A stretch of 47,058 nucleotides of DNA, from NCBI GenBank assembly GCA_054600435.1, contig BAAIJX010000015.1, positions 434,001-481,058 on the forward strand, read 5' to 3'. Position numbers and translations under genes: made by a program. Every line of letters begins with the position of its first letter. The stretch's first letter is position 1. Under the pieces are notes generated by a model. It was given only the letters and a program-made list of their open reading frames with translations. It was not told where the DNA came from and made no database searches. This DNA comes from Neophaeotheca triangularis. Taxonomy: Eukaryota. Below are positions 21,896-31,183 of this stretch, piece by piece.

Positions 21896-22308
21896 TGTAG
21901 AGGCTGACGATCCGTATCTGTGAAGATGTATATGCATGCAGAATGTTCACGGTTTGACGCAACAGGTGACTGTCATCTGCACAAAGACCATGTATAAGAG
22001 GACCTAACTTAACTTAGAGGACTGAACGCTTTGTAATGCACATGTCGGAGAGAGTTAGCTATAAAGACAAAGTGTGCCTTACATCCGAAGTGAGTTTCAA
22101 GCATCACCGCGGGAAGCAGTCGAGGTAATAAACGAGAGGTGAGGTAAAGGTCGAGGTAAGGCGGTCGGGTGTCGGCAAGTACAAAAGCGGTCAAATGCCA
22201 CTCCAGGGAAGGTGAGCCGGGAAAGCAGCAACGTCCAGTGAGCGACATATGAAAAAAAAGGTAAGCAAGAATGAAAGTGGACGCAGCTTGTTGATCGTGC
22301 TAAGATCA

Positions 22309-24180
22309 ATGTTCGCTATACGAAGCTGCGCCTTTCGACGATTAACACTCCCACTGCCCCTCTTCTCTCGAGCAGTAGCAGTCATGCCCGCGCAAAAGAG
22401 GCCCTTCAACGAAGGCAAAAGGCATTTCAAGAAGAACAAAAAGCAGAAAAAGGGAGCCAGTGACGGTCAAATAACGGGTTCGAACGAGGAGGTGCTTCTG
22501 GCAGATGTACAGAGACTGTTGAAGGATGCACAACAATCCAGCGAAGAAGAGGTGCCGAGTCTGCCGGAACCATTTACAGAAATCGAGCTGGACATTGAGG
22601 AACTCTCCTCTACGGGAGATGGTTTGGCGCGGAAGAACGGCCAAGTATACGTCGTCCCGTTCACGGCACCGGGGGATCGCGTGGCAGCAAAAGTGATTAG
22701 GCATCTTCGGGAGGAAGGGTATACTGTTGCAGACTTCGTCAAGGTAGTCAAAGCCTCCGGGCATCGAACAGGGACACCCAAATGCCCGTATTTCTCAAAG
22801 TGCTCAGGCTGCCAATTCCAACACTTGCCCTACACTTTTCAGCTTGCCCACAAACGGAGCATTGTCGAGAAGGCATACCAGAACTTCTCCAAGCTTCCCA
22901 AAGACAGGGTCCCTGTCGTTGAGGAGACGTGTGGTTCGCCGTTGCAGTATGGGTACCGTACGAAGTTGACGCCTCATTTCGATGGACCGCCAGGCGGTAG
23001 GCGAGACAGGAGAAACGGCGAGAAGCCCAGCTGGCCGGAGGTGCCTCCTATCGGTTTCATGCTGAAGGGCACGAGAAAGACTCTGGACATTGAAGATTGT
23101 CCGATAGGCACAGACGCAGTTCGGGCGGGACTGAAACGGGAGAAGAAGCGAGTAGCGGAAAACATCAACGACTACCAAAGGGGAGCCACAGTGCTCCTAC
23201 GCGAAACGACAAAAAGGATAGCAAAAGAAGACGAAGCAGCAAAGCAAAGAACACCCGACGAGCTCCAAGACCCCGTAATCGAGCACCTCGGCGAGCACCT
23301 CCACCGCAAAACCTGCCTGACAGACCACAAAGCAACCTCGACCGAATACATTGACGACTACCGCCTCGACAACCCCGCAGGCGCCTTCTTCCAAAACAAC
23401 AACTCGATCCTCCCCCTCGTAACGGGCTACATCCGGGACCGCATCCTCGGGCCCTCGTCCACCAGCACCAGCACCAGCACCCCCAAAATCAAAAACATGA
23501 TCGACGCCTACTGCGGCAGCGGCTTCTTCACCATCACCCTCTCCCCAGCTTTCACGCAAAGCATCGGCATCGACATCTCCAGCCAGAGCATCGACTTCGC
23601 CGCCCACAACGCCCGCCTCAACAACCTCGCCCCCTCCAGCACCCACTTCATCGCCGCAGACGCCAACGCCCTCTTCGGCGCCGTCGACGGCTCCAAGTAC
23701 CCGCCGGACGAAACCGTCGTCGTCATCGACCCGCCGCGCAAGGGCTGCGATGAGGGTTTCATCCGCCAGCTGATGCGCTACCGGCCCGCGAGGGTTTGTT
23801 ACGTCAGTTGTAACGTGCATACTCAGGCCAGGGATGTGGGGATGCTTGTTGCCGGTTTCGGGCAAGGTGAGGGCAGGCAGGAGGGCGGGTATGAGATTGA
23901 GAGTTTGAGGGGGTTTGATTTCTTCCCGCAGACGGGGCATGTGGAGGGCGTGGCGATGTTGAGGAGGAAGGAGGGAGCTGGTAGTGGTGAGAGTGGTGCT
24001 GGGGCTGTTGGGAAGGGTGCGGAGTTGAAGGTGGATGGGCAGAAGGTTGAAGAGCCAAAGCAGGACGGGCAGACTCAGGTCGAGCAGAAGCAGGACGAGC
24101 AGAAGCAGAAGCAGGACGAACAGAAGCAGAACGAACAGAAGCAGGACGAACAGAAGCAGGACGAGCAGAAGCAGGTATAG
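22309..24180 (+). CDS. TRM2: tRNA (uracil-54-C5)-methyltransferase
   Basis: TRAM-like N-terminal region, CPYFSKCSGCQFQ, YGYRTKLTPHF, FFQNN, IDAYCGSGFF, IDPPRKG, YVSCN, FDFFPQTGHVE. Start uncertain (22249, 22309 or 22384). Confidence 0.95.
   Translation: MFAIRSCAFRRLTLPLPLFSRAVAVMPAQKRPFNEGKRHFKKNKKQKKGASDGQITGSNEEVLLADVQRLLKDAQQSSEEEVPSLPEPFTEIELDIEELSSTGDGLARKNGQVYVVPFTAPGDRVAAKVIRHLREEGYTVADFVKVVKASGHRTGTPKCPYFSKCSGCQFQHLPYTFQLAHKRSIVEKAYQNFSKLPKDRVPVVEETCGSPLQYGYRTKLTPHFDGPPGGRRDRRNGEKPSWPEVPPIGFMLKGTRKTLDIEDCPIGTDAVRAGLKREKKRVAENINDYQRGATVLLRETTKRIAKEDEAAKQRTPDELQDPVIEHLGEHLHRKTCLTDHKATSTEYIDDYRLDNPAGAFFQNNNSILPLVTGYIRDRILGPSSTSTSTSTPKIKNMIDAYCGSGFFTITLSPAFTQSIGIDISSQSIDFAAHNARLNNLAPSSTHFIAADANALFGAVDGSKYPPDETVVVIDPPRKGCDEGFIRQLMRYRPARVCYVSCNVHTQARDVGMLVAGFGQGEGRQEGGYEIESLRGFDFFPQTGHVEGVAMLRRKEGAGSGESGAGAVGKGAELKVDGQKVEEPKQDGQTQVEQKQDEQKQKQDEQKQNEQKQDEQKQDEQKQV
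24061..24174 (+). repeat. Coding minisatellite, about 15-bp unit, giving a (QDEQK)n tail on TRM2
   Basis: CAGGACGARCAGAAG variants repeated up to the stop codon. Confidence 0.9.
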
Positions 24181-24759
24181 ATGGATGAAGGCAGAAAAGG
24201 GCGATTGACTATATTGCTTTGATGCCAGAGCTACCTCCGGAGACAGCGATTACCACATTTTCGTCCCTCAATACCATCAAACCTGCCAGCTTAAATTCCC
24301 ACTCTCATCTCAACAAGGAACTCCTTTTGTCAGCCAATGAAATCCACCTGGCCCAGCCAGCAAACACCTCTTTCCAAAAACTCTTCAACAAAATATACAA
24401 TAAATATCCCTCGTCAGAAAATTATAACATAAATCCGGGAAAAAAGGGTGGGGGTATCGAGCGTTCTATACCGATGAGAAGCCATCCGTGCCATGCGAAA
24501 GTGTAAAAGAGCAGCTCCGCGATGAGAGCAAATAGAACAAGAAAGGCAAAGAATCACGGTCGGGAATTGGGTGGGTAGAGAGCGTAAGGCCGTTTTTCTT
24601 TTTTCTTTTTTCTTTTTTTTTTTCTTTTTGCTTCGTCGTAACGGGCGTGCAGCAATCAAAGGCGGGTCGAACAAAGAAAATGTGAGGTGGGTGCTGCTGT
24701 ACACTCTGACGCGATTCTCCTTCCAGCCGGGGAGGGAGTGATGCGATACCGAACAGCTT

Positions 24760-27471
24760 CTAGCTTTCGGGTTGGCGTGGCGGAGCAGGTGAGTGGCCGG
24801 CGGAGGCTGTAGACCGGGCGTCCAGCGCCGAGGAGGCATCCATGGAGGCCCGTTTTGAGCTCGGCCCGACGTCGAGGAGTTTGGCGCTGCCGGCGGACAT
24901 TTGCCGGGCGTGCCCCCTACCCATGTTTACGCTGCGGGCTTTTTCAACGCGCGATTCCCGCGGGTATTGTTCTTCTTCTTCATCGTCAGAGGCTTCGGCG
25001 CCGTGCAGGGAGGCGCTTTGGCCGGCATAGTCTGTGAGGAGGCCTTCGCGGGATCGCTCGCGTTGATTGCGGTGAATGAGGGTTGGTTTTCTGCGAACAC
25101 TGTCGTGGACTTTGAGTGGTTCCCCAGAAGTTGCGGCAGGAGTTTCGGTCAAGACACTTGCGTCGTCTTGGCGATCTCTAACGGCTTCTTTGCCTTTGGT
25201 GCTGGGCTTTGTGCGCTGAGTATATTCGGCGTCTTTGTCGACGCCGAGCTCTTCGTAGCTACCGACGAAGTCTGGATTGCGCTTGCTTAGCGAGCCGTTG
25301 CTTCTGCCAATCGCCGAGTAAATCGATGCGCGCTGACCGGGGCCCCCTGCTAGCCAAGATCCTTCAGAGTCTACGGATGCGAGAGAGGGTGACACCATTG
25401 CTTGCGCTTGTGTGCCAGGACTAGTCGCTCCGCCCGCGCTACTGGGGTCTGGAAAAGAATGTCGAATGTTACTTTCACCTCTGCCCGGGATGTTCATTGG
25501 TTTGGGCGGAGGTGGCATCTGCTGTCTTTGTGCGGCTGCGATGGATGCTGAGGCATTGGACGGCAGGTCTGGGGAGTGCACCCTCGAGTCTGGCGGCGAT
25601 ATGGGCAGTTCTGGCAAGTCTTCCCTAAACTTGCTCTGTGTGCGCACCGGGGCGCCCGACTTCCGGCGCTGCGCTACTTGTGGAGGGTCAGCGCTCAGAT
25701 GCGCAGGGATTGGTTGTTGTCGAACCATTGACTCTCTGGAGGTATTGGAGAAGGAGAATTCTGATGGCGAGTATTCGCCTTGGGGTTTCTTGAGGTTTGT
25801 TCCACCACGTCGGAAGAAGGTAGCCCAGGCGCCTGCTCGACGCCCATCCTTTGTTTCCGAAATCCTCCGCTCGGACGGATATGACGGTGGATGCATGGTA
25901 TCTGGGGTGCTGATGCGCCGTAGATCGCTCAGTCGCGAGACGCTCGACATGGCTCGCGGGTTGGAGGCTGGCGACAGTGGTGGTGTGGCGGTCTGCGAAG
26001 CTTGCGACGTACGAACGACAGGCGGGCGTTCTTCTGTCGGCGTCCTTGCAGCAGGTGTGAAAGAGCCCGGAACAACGGGCAACGGTCTATCGTCATCTTC
26101 CATCGGTGTGCCGGCTGGCGAGCCCTCGAACGGGTTTTCTGGTATGTCAGTGTTCGGTCGGTAGTTAAGATAGGTGCCTGTGTTTTCAGTTCCCCTCTCT
26201 TGGGTAGTAGGAAGGATATTTTGAGGCGCGTCTGTGGAGATAGCAGCACCAATACCAAGGCCCACGTTCTCTGGCGGACTTGAAGCGCTTTCGTCCCCTC
26301 CGTCACGTAGCGCAGGATGGACAGCAGTTGGCGGGGTCATCATACGCCTCGTCCTAGCCTCTTCCACAGCGCGTGCCCTTGCATCGTCCGCGCGCTTGAC
26401 TTCTTCTGCTTCACGAGCTTCTCTTTTCCTTCTATCACTGTTCGCACGGTGTCTCCCTTCCTTCTGCAGCTTCTTATCCAACTTTTCTTGCTGCTCGAGC
26501 TTTCTCTTCTCTCTACGTTTCTGATCTCGTTCCAACAACATGCGCAGATCACTCGCATCGAAATCGTCAGCCTCCTGGCCAATGGTCGCTCGTTTCCTAT
26601 CCGAGCTCCTCGACGCCGGCGCCTTCTCCTTGGCTCTAGACGTATTTGGCGAAAGCGGCGAAGAAGTACCTTGTACGCTGCCCGGCCTCGCATACTGCGC
26701 ATGACCGGAAAGGCGGACGGCGGGTCTTGCTGAAAACATGCCGATACCGCCAATTTCCCAACCCCTCTGTTCTGGGATGCCAGACATGCTCGAATGGATC
26801 GAGCCTTCGAGTGGTAGTGAGACGTTCGAGTCTCTGTTGATGCCACGGAACTTCTTGCTGTCCCTCCTCATCAGGCCTTCGCCTGGGCCTCCGTGTCGTT
26901 TTGGTATAGGCATTGGAGCGGTCATGCTACGTATCTCCTCTTCCCTCAAATGCTCGTCCTTTCGCTTCTTGCTTGAGCGTCTTCGCTGTGGCGTGCCAGA
27001 GTCGTTGGCGCTGCGCTTGGATCTCAGGGTCTGCGGTCTCGAGGGCCTTCCAGTAGCCGATTCAGGCTGCAGACTTGTGTGGGAGGCCGAGTGGCCGCGA
27101 AAGCTGTATGGTATCTTGGCCGGCTCCATGTCGACAGGTCGCAAATGAGGGCTCGAGTCGAGCCTCCTGCTCACAGGCAGCGCGGTGATGTTCTCGATGC
27201 TTCCTCTAGACGCAGGAGCGTTCTCCTTGTTGTGTTCAGGCACAGGTCGCACCTGTTTCTCGTTGGCAAATCCAGCTTCTTTTGCTTTGATGTCCTCTCT
27301 CGTCGGCTCACGCTTCCTTCTTTTGCTGGTCTCGCGCTGTACTTGTGACTTTGCTGGCGTTGGTGTCGAAGCTCCGTCGGCGCGGGCTTTTTCACTGGCA
27401 GGAGGATGCGCCGGCGCGTCCTCCTTTTTGGGGCTGTTGCGCCGCCTCTTCCTAAAAGGCCAAATGGGCAT
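24760..27471 (-). CDS. Hypothetical low-complexity protein (903 aa), R/S/P-rich with a central coiled coil
   Basis: 2.7-kb open frame from ATG (MPIWPFRKRR); coiled-coil-like DASDLRMLLERDQKRREKRKLEQQEKL; function not recognised. Confidence 0.85.
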   Translation of the reverse strand: MPIWPFRKRRRNSPKKEDAPAHPPASEKARADGASTPTPAKSQVQRETSKRRKREPTREDIKAKEAGFANEKQVRPVPEHNKENAPASRGSIENITALPVSRRLDSSPHLRPVDMEPAKIPYSFRGHSASHTSLQPESATGRPSRPQTLRSKRSANDSGTPQRRRSSKKRKDEHLREEEIRSMTAPMPIPKRHGGPGEGLMRRDSKKFRGINRDSNVSLPLEGSIHSSMSGIPEQRGWEIGGIGMFSARPAVRLSGHAQYARPGSVQGTSSPLSPNTSRAKEKAPASRSSDRKRATIGQEADDFDASDLRMLLERDQKRREKRKLEQQEKLDKKLQKEGRHRANSDRRKREAREAEEVKRADDARARAVEEARTRRMMTPPTAVHPALRDGGDESASSPPENVGLGIGAAISTDAPQNILPTTQERGTENTGTYLNYRPNTDIPENPFEGSPAGTPMEDDDRPLPVVPGSFTPAARTPTEERPPVVRTSQASQTATPPLSPASNPRAMSSVSRLSDLRRISTPDTMHPPSYPSERRISETKDGRRAGAWATFFRRGGTNLKKPQGEYSPSEFSFSNTSRESMVRQQPIPAHLSADPPQVAQRRKSGAPVRTQSKFREDLPELPISPPDSRVHSPDLPSNASASIAAAQRQQMPPPPKPMNIPGRGESNIRHSFPDPSSAGGATSPGTQAQAMVSPSLASVDSEGSWLAGGPGQRASIYSAIGRSNGSLSKRNPDFVGSYEELGVDKDAEYTQRTKPSTKGKEAVRDRQDDASVLTETPAATSGEPLKVHDSVRRKPTLIHRNQRERSREGLLTDYAGQSASLHGAEASDDEEEEQYPRESRVEKARSVNMGRGHARQMSAGSAKLLDVGPSSKRASMDASSALDARSTASAGHSPAPPRQPES

Positions 27472-28869
27472 TCTGCGCGCGCGAATGTTTCATGTCACAA
27501 AAGTGATGTTTGTTGTTCGCATTGCTGGCGCATATAGCTGGTAAACAAGCCCGGGCCGCTGGCGGATGAGAATAGATGCTTGACGTCGGGGCAGTAGTGT
27601 TTGGCCTTGTGGGGGACGTTTCGAAAGAGCGGTGATACTCGGGTAGAGCTTGCGTCACACAAGGCGGCTTCGACCTAGACGGCTATGATGGTGTTGCCGC
27701 GATGCTGGGTATCCGCGTTGGGCGGAGATTGGAATAGAGTACAAGCGTCGGGGTAGGTCGCGTCGAAGAAGGACAAGGCATATGGTTGAGGTAACAATCA
27801 GAAGAAGGAGAAGAAGAAGAAGAAGAATGCGATTCCTTGTGCGTCCGCGATGGGAATTGGAGGCGGTCGATGCTGGACTGACTGATGAAAGGTTGTGTGG
27901 CTCGTGCCCCGTTCGTCTGGATCGTGGGCTGCGAGCGCCTCCAGGGACCGACCGACCGATGCCCGGGGCCGTACCAAGGTTGATGATTTTACTACCTACT
28001 ACTTCAGTAGTGCACTGACTACTAGTAGTAGTAGTCCAGTATGTCTTTCTGTGCGAGCAAGCCCGATCGGGGACCAAATACGAGACTAGGATATAATCAA
28101 AATTGGATGAAATATCAGTATTTTGTGCGATGGGGTGAGTGAAATGTCTTGGAAGGGGGTAAGGAAAGGGAAAAGAAGTGTCAGTACAGTAGTCGGGTGT
28201 GTGTGATGATGGTCCTTGCCGATGTTGATGATCCCTCGGTCTGGCCTTTGAGTTGCTGCCCAGCTCTGACCTGATCTAACATTTTTCTTTTCTGATCACG
28301 CGAGACTGCAAATAACAACATCGACCTTCTAATTCCCACGATACTAAGGTAATACTTACTAGTACGTAGACACTACATCCTGTACATGAGATACACAAGC
28401 TACACGCGCGACACCACCTTGCTTTGCCTCCCTGGCGCCTGCCAATCTGCTTCCTTCAGCCGTCGTCCACCCTTGCACAGCCGTCCGTCAGTTGTCACAC
28501 GTTGCTGTACTCGACGACGGCAATAACAGAAACTGCTAAAGACGTTGCTATGCGTCTTATGTCTTGCCTTGCGTCTCCATGGACCACAAGGTACCGAGTA
28601 GCAACAACACAAACACAACCTTTTTGTCGTCGTCGAGCAGCGTCTTGTCGGCACTACATACCCTGAACACACCTCAGTGAACAGAGCTAGCTCCTCGCTC
28701 GAGCTCTAGCCGTTCGCGCAACCCGTTGACCCGTTCGTGGCTTGCGCTCAAGCGTCCCCCCAAGAAAGGGTCGGTCGAGGTCCAAGGACTCGGCTCCGCA
28801 CTTCTGCACACCATAGGTGAACTTTGCCGTTTCCGGGCGTTGCAATCAGACCAGTCGACCCAGGTTTCC

Positions 28870-30420
28870 ACCACAACCTAGAGTCTCTAGAGTCTACGAA
28901 TAACAATATTAATAACAAATCGAGAATGGTAGGTTGTCGCGGCTAGCGCAATCTTGATCGAATCGCTTCCTGCTTCCTTTCTATCTCACCCCTTTCTCTA
29001 GCCAAAACTCGGGAATCCTCCGTACTCGACGGCAGGGAGTGAACCCAAACCCTAGCCCGTCTTCTCCCTTGAATCGTTACCTTATCACTAATCATACGAC
29101 TATCCCTATTGGAAAAGTAGCTCTCGGTATTCTCTATAAAAATACAGTGTTACCACCTATACTCGGTATGTGCTCTCCTAAAAAAACTCGAACAACTTTG
29201 ATTTCGAGAACCCCTTGGACTTTTGAAAAAGCTCCTAAGGCTTCTAGAAGTTTACCTTCGACACCTCACTTGATAGATTCGAACATCTGAGATCAAAAGC
29301 ATCGCGTCTCGGCGCTACGCTCGCAATTACTGTTCTCCGTTAATATAGAAAACATTCGACGGTACACACGTGCCCGCCTTTTGCGCCCAGCGAATTTAAG
29401 TATTTCAATAATGTTTAGACAGCCGCAGGCCTCCCTCAAATTCTAGGCTGACATCTTGCAGACCTCATAGGCGAGGTGATAAGACTACGTACACCGTATT
29501 AAATTGTCAACTGTGCTCTGAACACCGACGCCACCTTGTAGCAAGCCGCTCAGTGTAGTGAGTAGGTATTGCTCATAGTAGCTCCGCTTCGCTCGGAAAC
29601 ACCCACTATATCGCCAGAGAATGTTGGCCAAAACCTTCCAGCGAGCCGAGTTCAGCTGCTACTAGGAAACACTTCGAGCTCATCCGCTTTCTAGACAGGT
29701 GCGCCACCACTGTAGACGTTGCTGGCCAAAGCAAGACATTCCACCGCTTCCATGCCGATCGTGAAGAGCACTGACGTACTGATAGCTACCGTCGCTGTAC
29801 TCGGCCCTCTCTAGACACAACTGATCATGGAGACTATCGCTATAGAAGAGCAGAGGGAGCTGAGGTTGCCCTCCTAAGTCATAAGCGGAGAACGTTCAAT
29901 CAGGTAGCTGTCGCCGGAGAGAAATGCTACCGGAGAGAAATGCTACCAGAGAGAAATGCCACCGGAATTGGCTCTCGGTCTTCGTGTCTGTCCGCCTTGG
30001 CCCGTCATCTACCTTCAAACAGTATACAGGTAAGCTATAGTACTAGGACCATATCGAACGACGACAAAGATTTCCTAGTCGAAAACTGCCAGCGCTCTAG
30101 CGAGCTCACCGACGGTCAAAGCCGTAGTAGATCTTCTTGCGGTTCATGAATATCGCTTCTCAGATCCCGGGCCGTATTGGTACTAATCGATTCGGCTTTC
30201 ATAGCAGGTGCCGTCGTGCAGTAAGCTGCTAGAAGTGGTTGTCTGGTGAGGTTCTCGTGCCTTTCGTTGGCCCGGGAACGTATACATCGTCGGAGAGTGC
30301 TCTCGAAAGCTCGCTTCGGAATGACTGAACCGGAGTATTGCCTGGGTAGTCATTTGGAAGCATACTACCTAGCTACTCTATAGTTAATAGAGGAATCGAA
30401 TGTATGCATTAACGCGATGT
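28870..30420. other. Degenerate, possibly RIP-mutated relic (TE or gene); identity unknown
   Basis: No long ORF; by eye enriched in TpA/CTAG relative to flanking genes; frames punctuated by TAG stops. RIP indices not computed. Confidence 0.35.
29914..29965 (+). repeat. 16-bp tandem repeat x3
   Basis: CCGGAGAGAAATGCTA / CCGGAGAGAAATGCTA / CCAGAGAGAAATGCCA / CCGG. Confidence 0.9.
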
Positions 30421-30613
30421 ACGCTTCCGTTTCCATACAGGAGTTATAGTCCTCGATTTCCAAGGTTCTTTGTATGATCCGGCTCGTCACGGCGGCAAGG
30501 CGCTGGGCTTGGGCGGTGCTCAATTATCAGCGATATATTTTTTGTCACCAAAGATGAGTCATCAACGAAATCAATCAATGGTTTCAAGTCCGCAGAGGCA
30601 AGGTTTCCTGGTG

Positions 30614-30671
30614 GTTCGTCTCCCCTGACTCTAAGCTCCACTGAAGAATCACTCGCTAACAATCCTAATAG
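30614..30671 (+). other. 58-nt spliceosomal-type (GT-AG) intron in the tRNA-Val D-stem, between tRNA nt 12 and 13
   Basis: 5' GTTCGT; branch site GCTAAC at 30655-30660; 3' TAG; exact removal restores the D-arm and A box. Confidence 0.85.
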
Positions 30672-30697
30672 TAGTTGGTTATCACGTCTGCCTAACA

Positions 30698-30721
30698 TCC
30701 GCTTCTAAGAAGTAATGTGGG
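30698..30721 (+). other. 24-nt canonical tRNA intron (position 37/38) of tRNA-Val
   Basis: Begins one nt 3' of the anticodon; removal restores a 7-nt loop CTAACAC; G at intron -3 can pair with C32. Confidence 0.9.
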
Positions 30722-31183
30722 CGCAGAAGGTCGGCGGTTCGAACCCGCCGGAAATCACGATGATATTTCTTTTTGCCAATTTTGGAGTGCGCTCTGCGAA
30801 TACCCTTTTTGCCTTCCAGCCTTTTTTCTTTTTGCGTTTGATAGAAAAATGGGTCAACCCGAGTAGACGCATACAACGTTTAGCAGCACCAGAGTTAGCC
30901 GCTAGAACTACCTCCTATCAGTAGTACTCTTTGTGATCAAGTCGTAAAGTTGAAACGAATTTGGCGGGGTGTATCGTTGATTCATACTTTGAGAACATCT
31001 TCCATTTCCACAGACCCTCATAACACTTTCATATTCGCCAAACTGAAGCCCACTTCGATTGCCAGACAGCTCATTCGAGCAAACAAATCACCACCGAAGT
31101 ACCTGCGTTCTAGAAAAGACCCGCTCATTCGCCAGCCGTTCGCGTGGAACAATCGCAGTATTCGATACAGCACCACCTCAATC

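Larger units (their letters stand above)
30602..30757 (+). tRNA. tRNA-Val(AAC) in three exons (30602-30613, 30672-30697, 30722-30757)
   Basis: Joined exons give GGTTTCCTGGTG-TAGTTGGTTATCACGTCTGCCTAACA-CGCAGAAGGTCGGCGGTTCGAACCCGCCGGAAATCA. Acceptor GGTTTCC/GGAAATC, D-stem GTG/CAC, anticodon stem TCTGC/GCAGA with AAC at 30694-30696, T-arm GGCGG-TTCGAAC-CCGCC, discriminator A, T5 at 30770-30774. Closely resembles yeast tRNA-Val(IAC) as I recall it. Confidence 0.93.

Noticed and set aside
27655..28077. 140-aa minus-strand ORF with a poly-Leu hydrophobic stretch
   Set aside because: Non-ATG start, and the Leu run comes from a (CTT)n microsatellite in the probable 5' region of the 903-aa gene.
28203..28275. 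Box C/D snoRNA-like motifs (GTGATGA...TTGATGA...CTGA)
   Set aside because: No terminal stem and no rRNA-complementary guide I could identify; such motifs arise by chance.
30614..30671. Alternative reading of the tRNA-Val D-arm insert as an archaeal/red-algal BHB-type non-canonical intron
   Set aside because: No bulge-helix-bulge pairing visible across the junctions, whereas the donor, branch and acceptor signals are all present with normal spacing.
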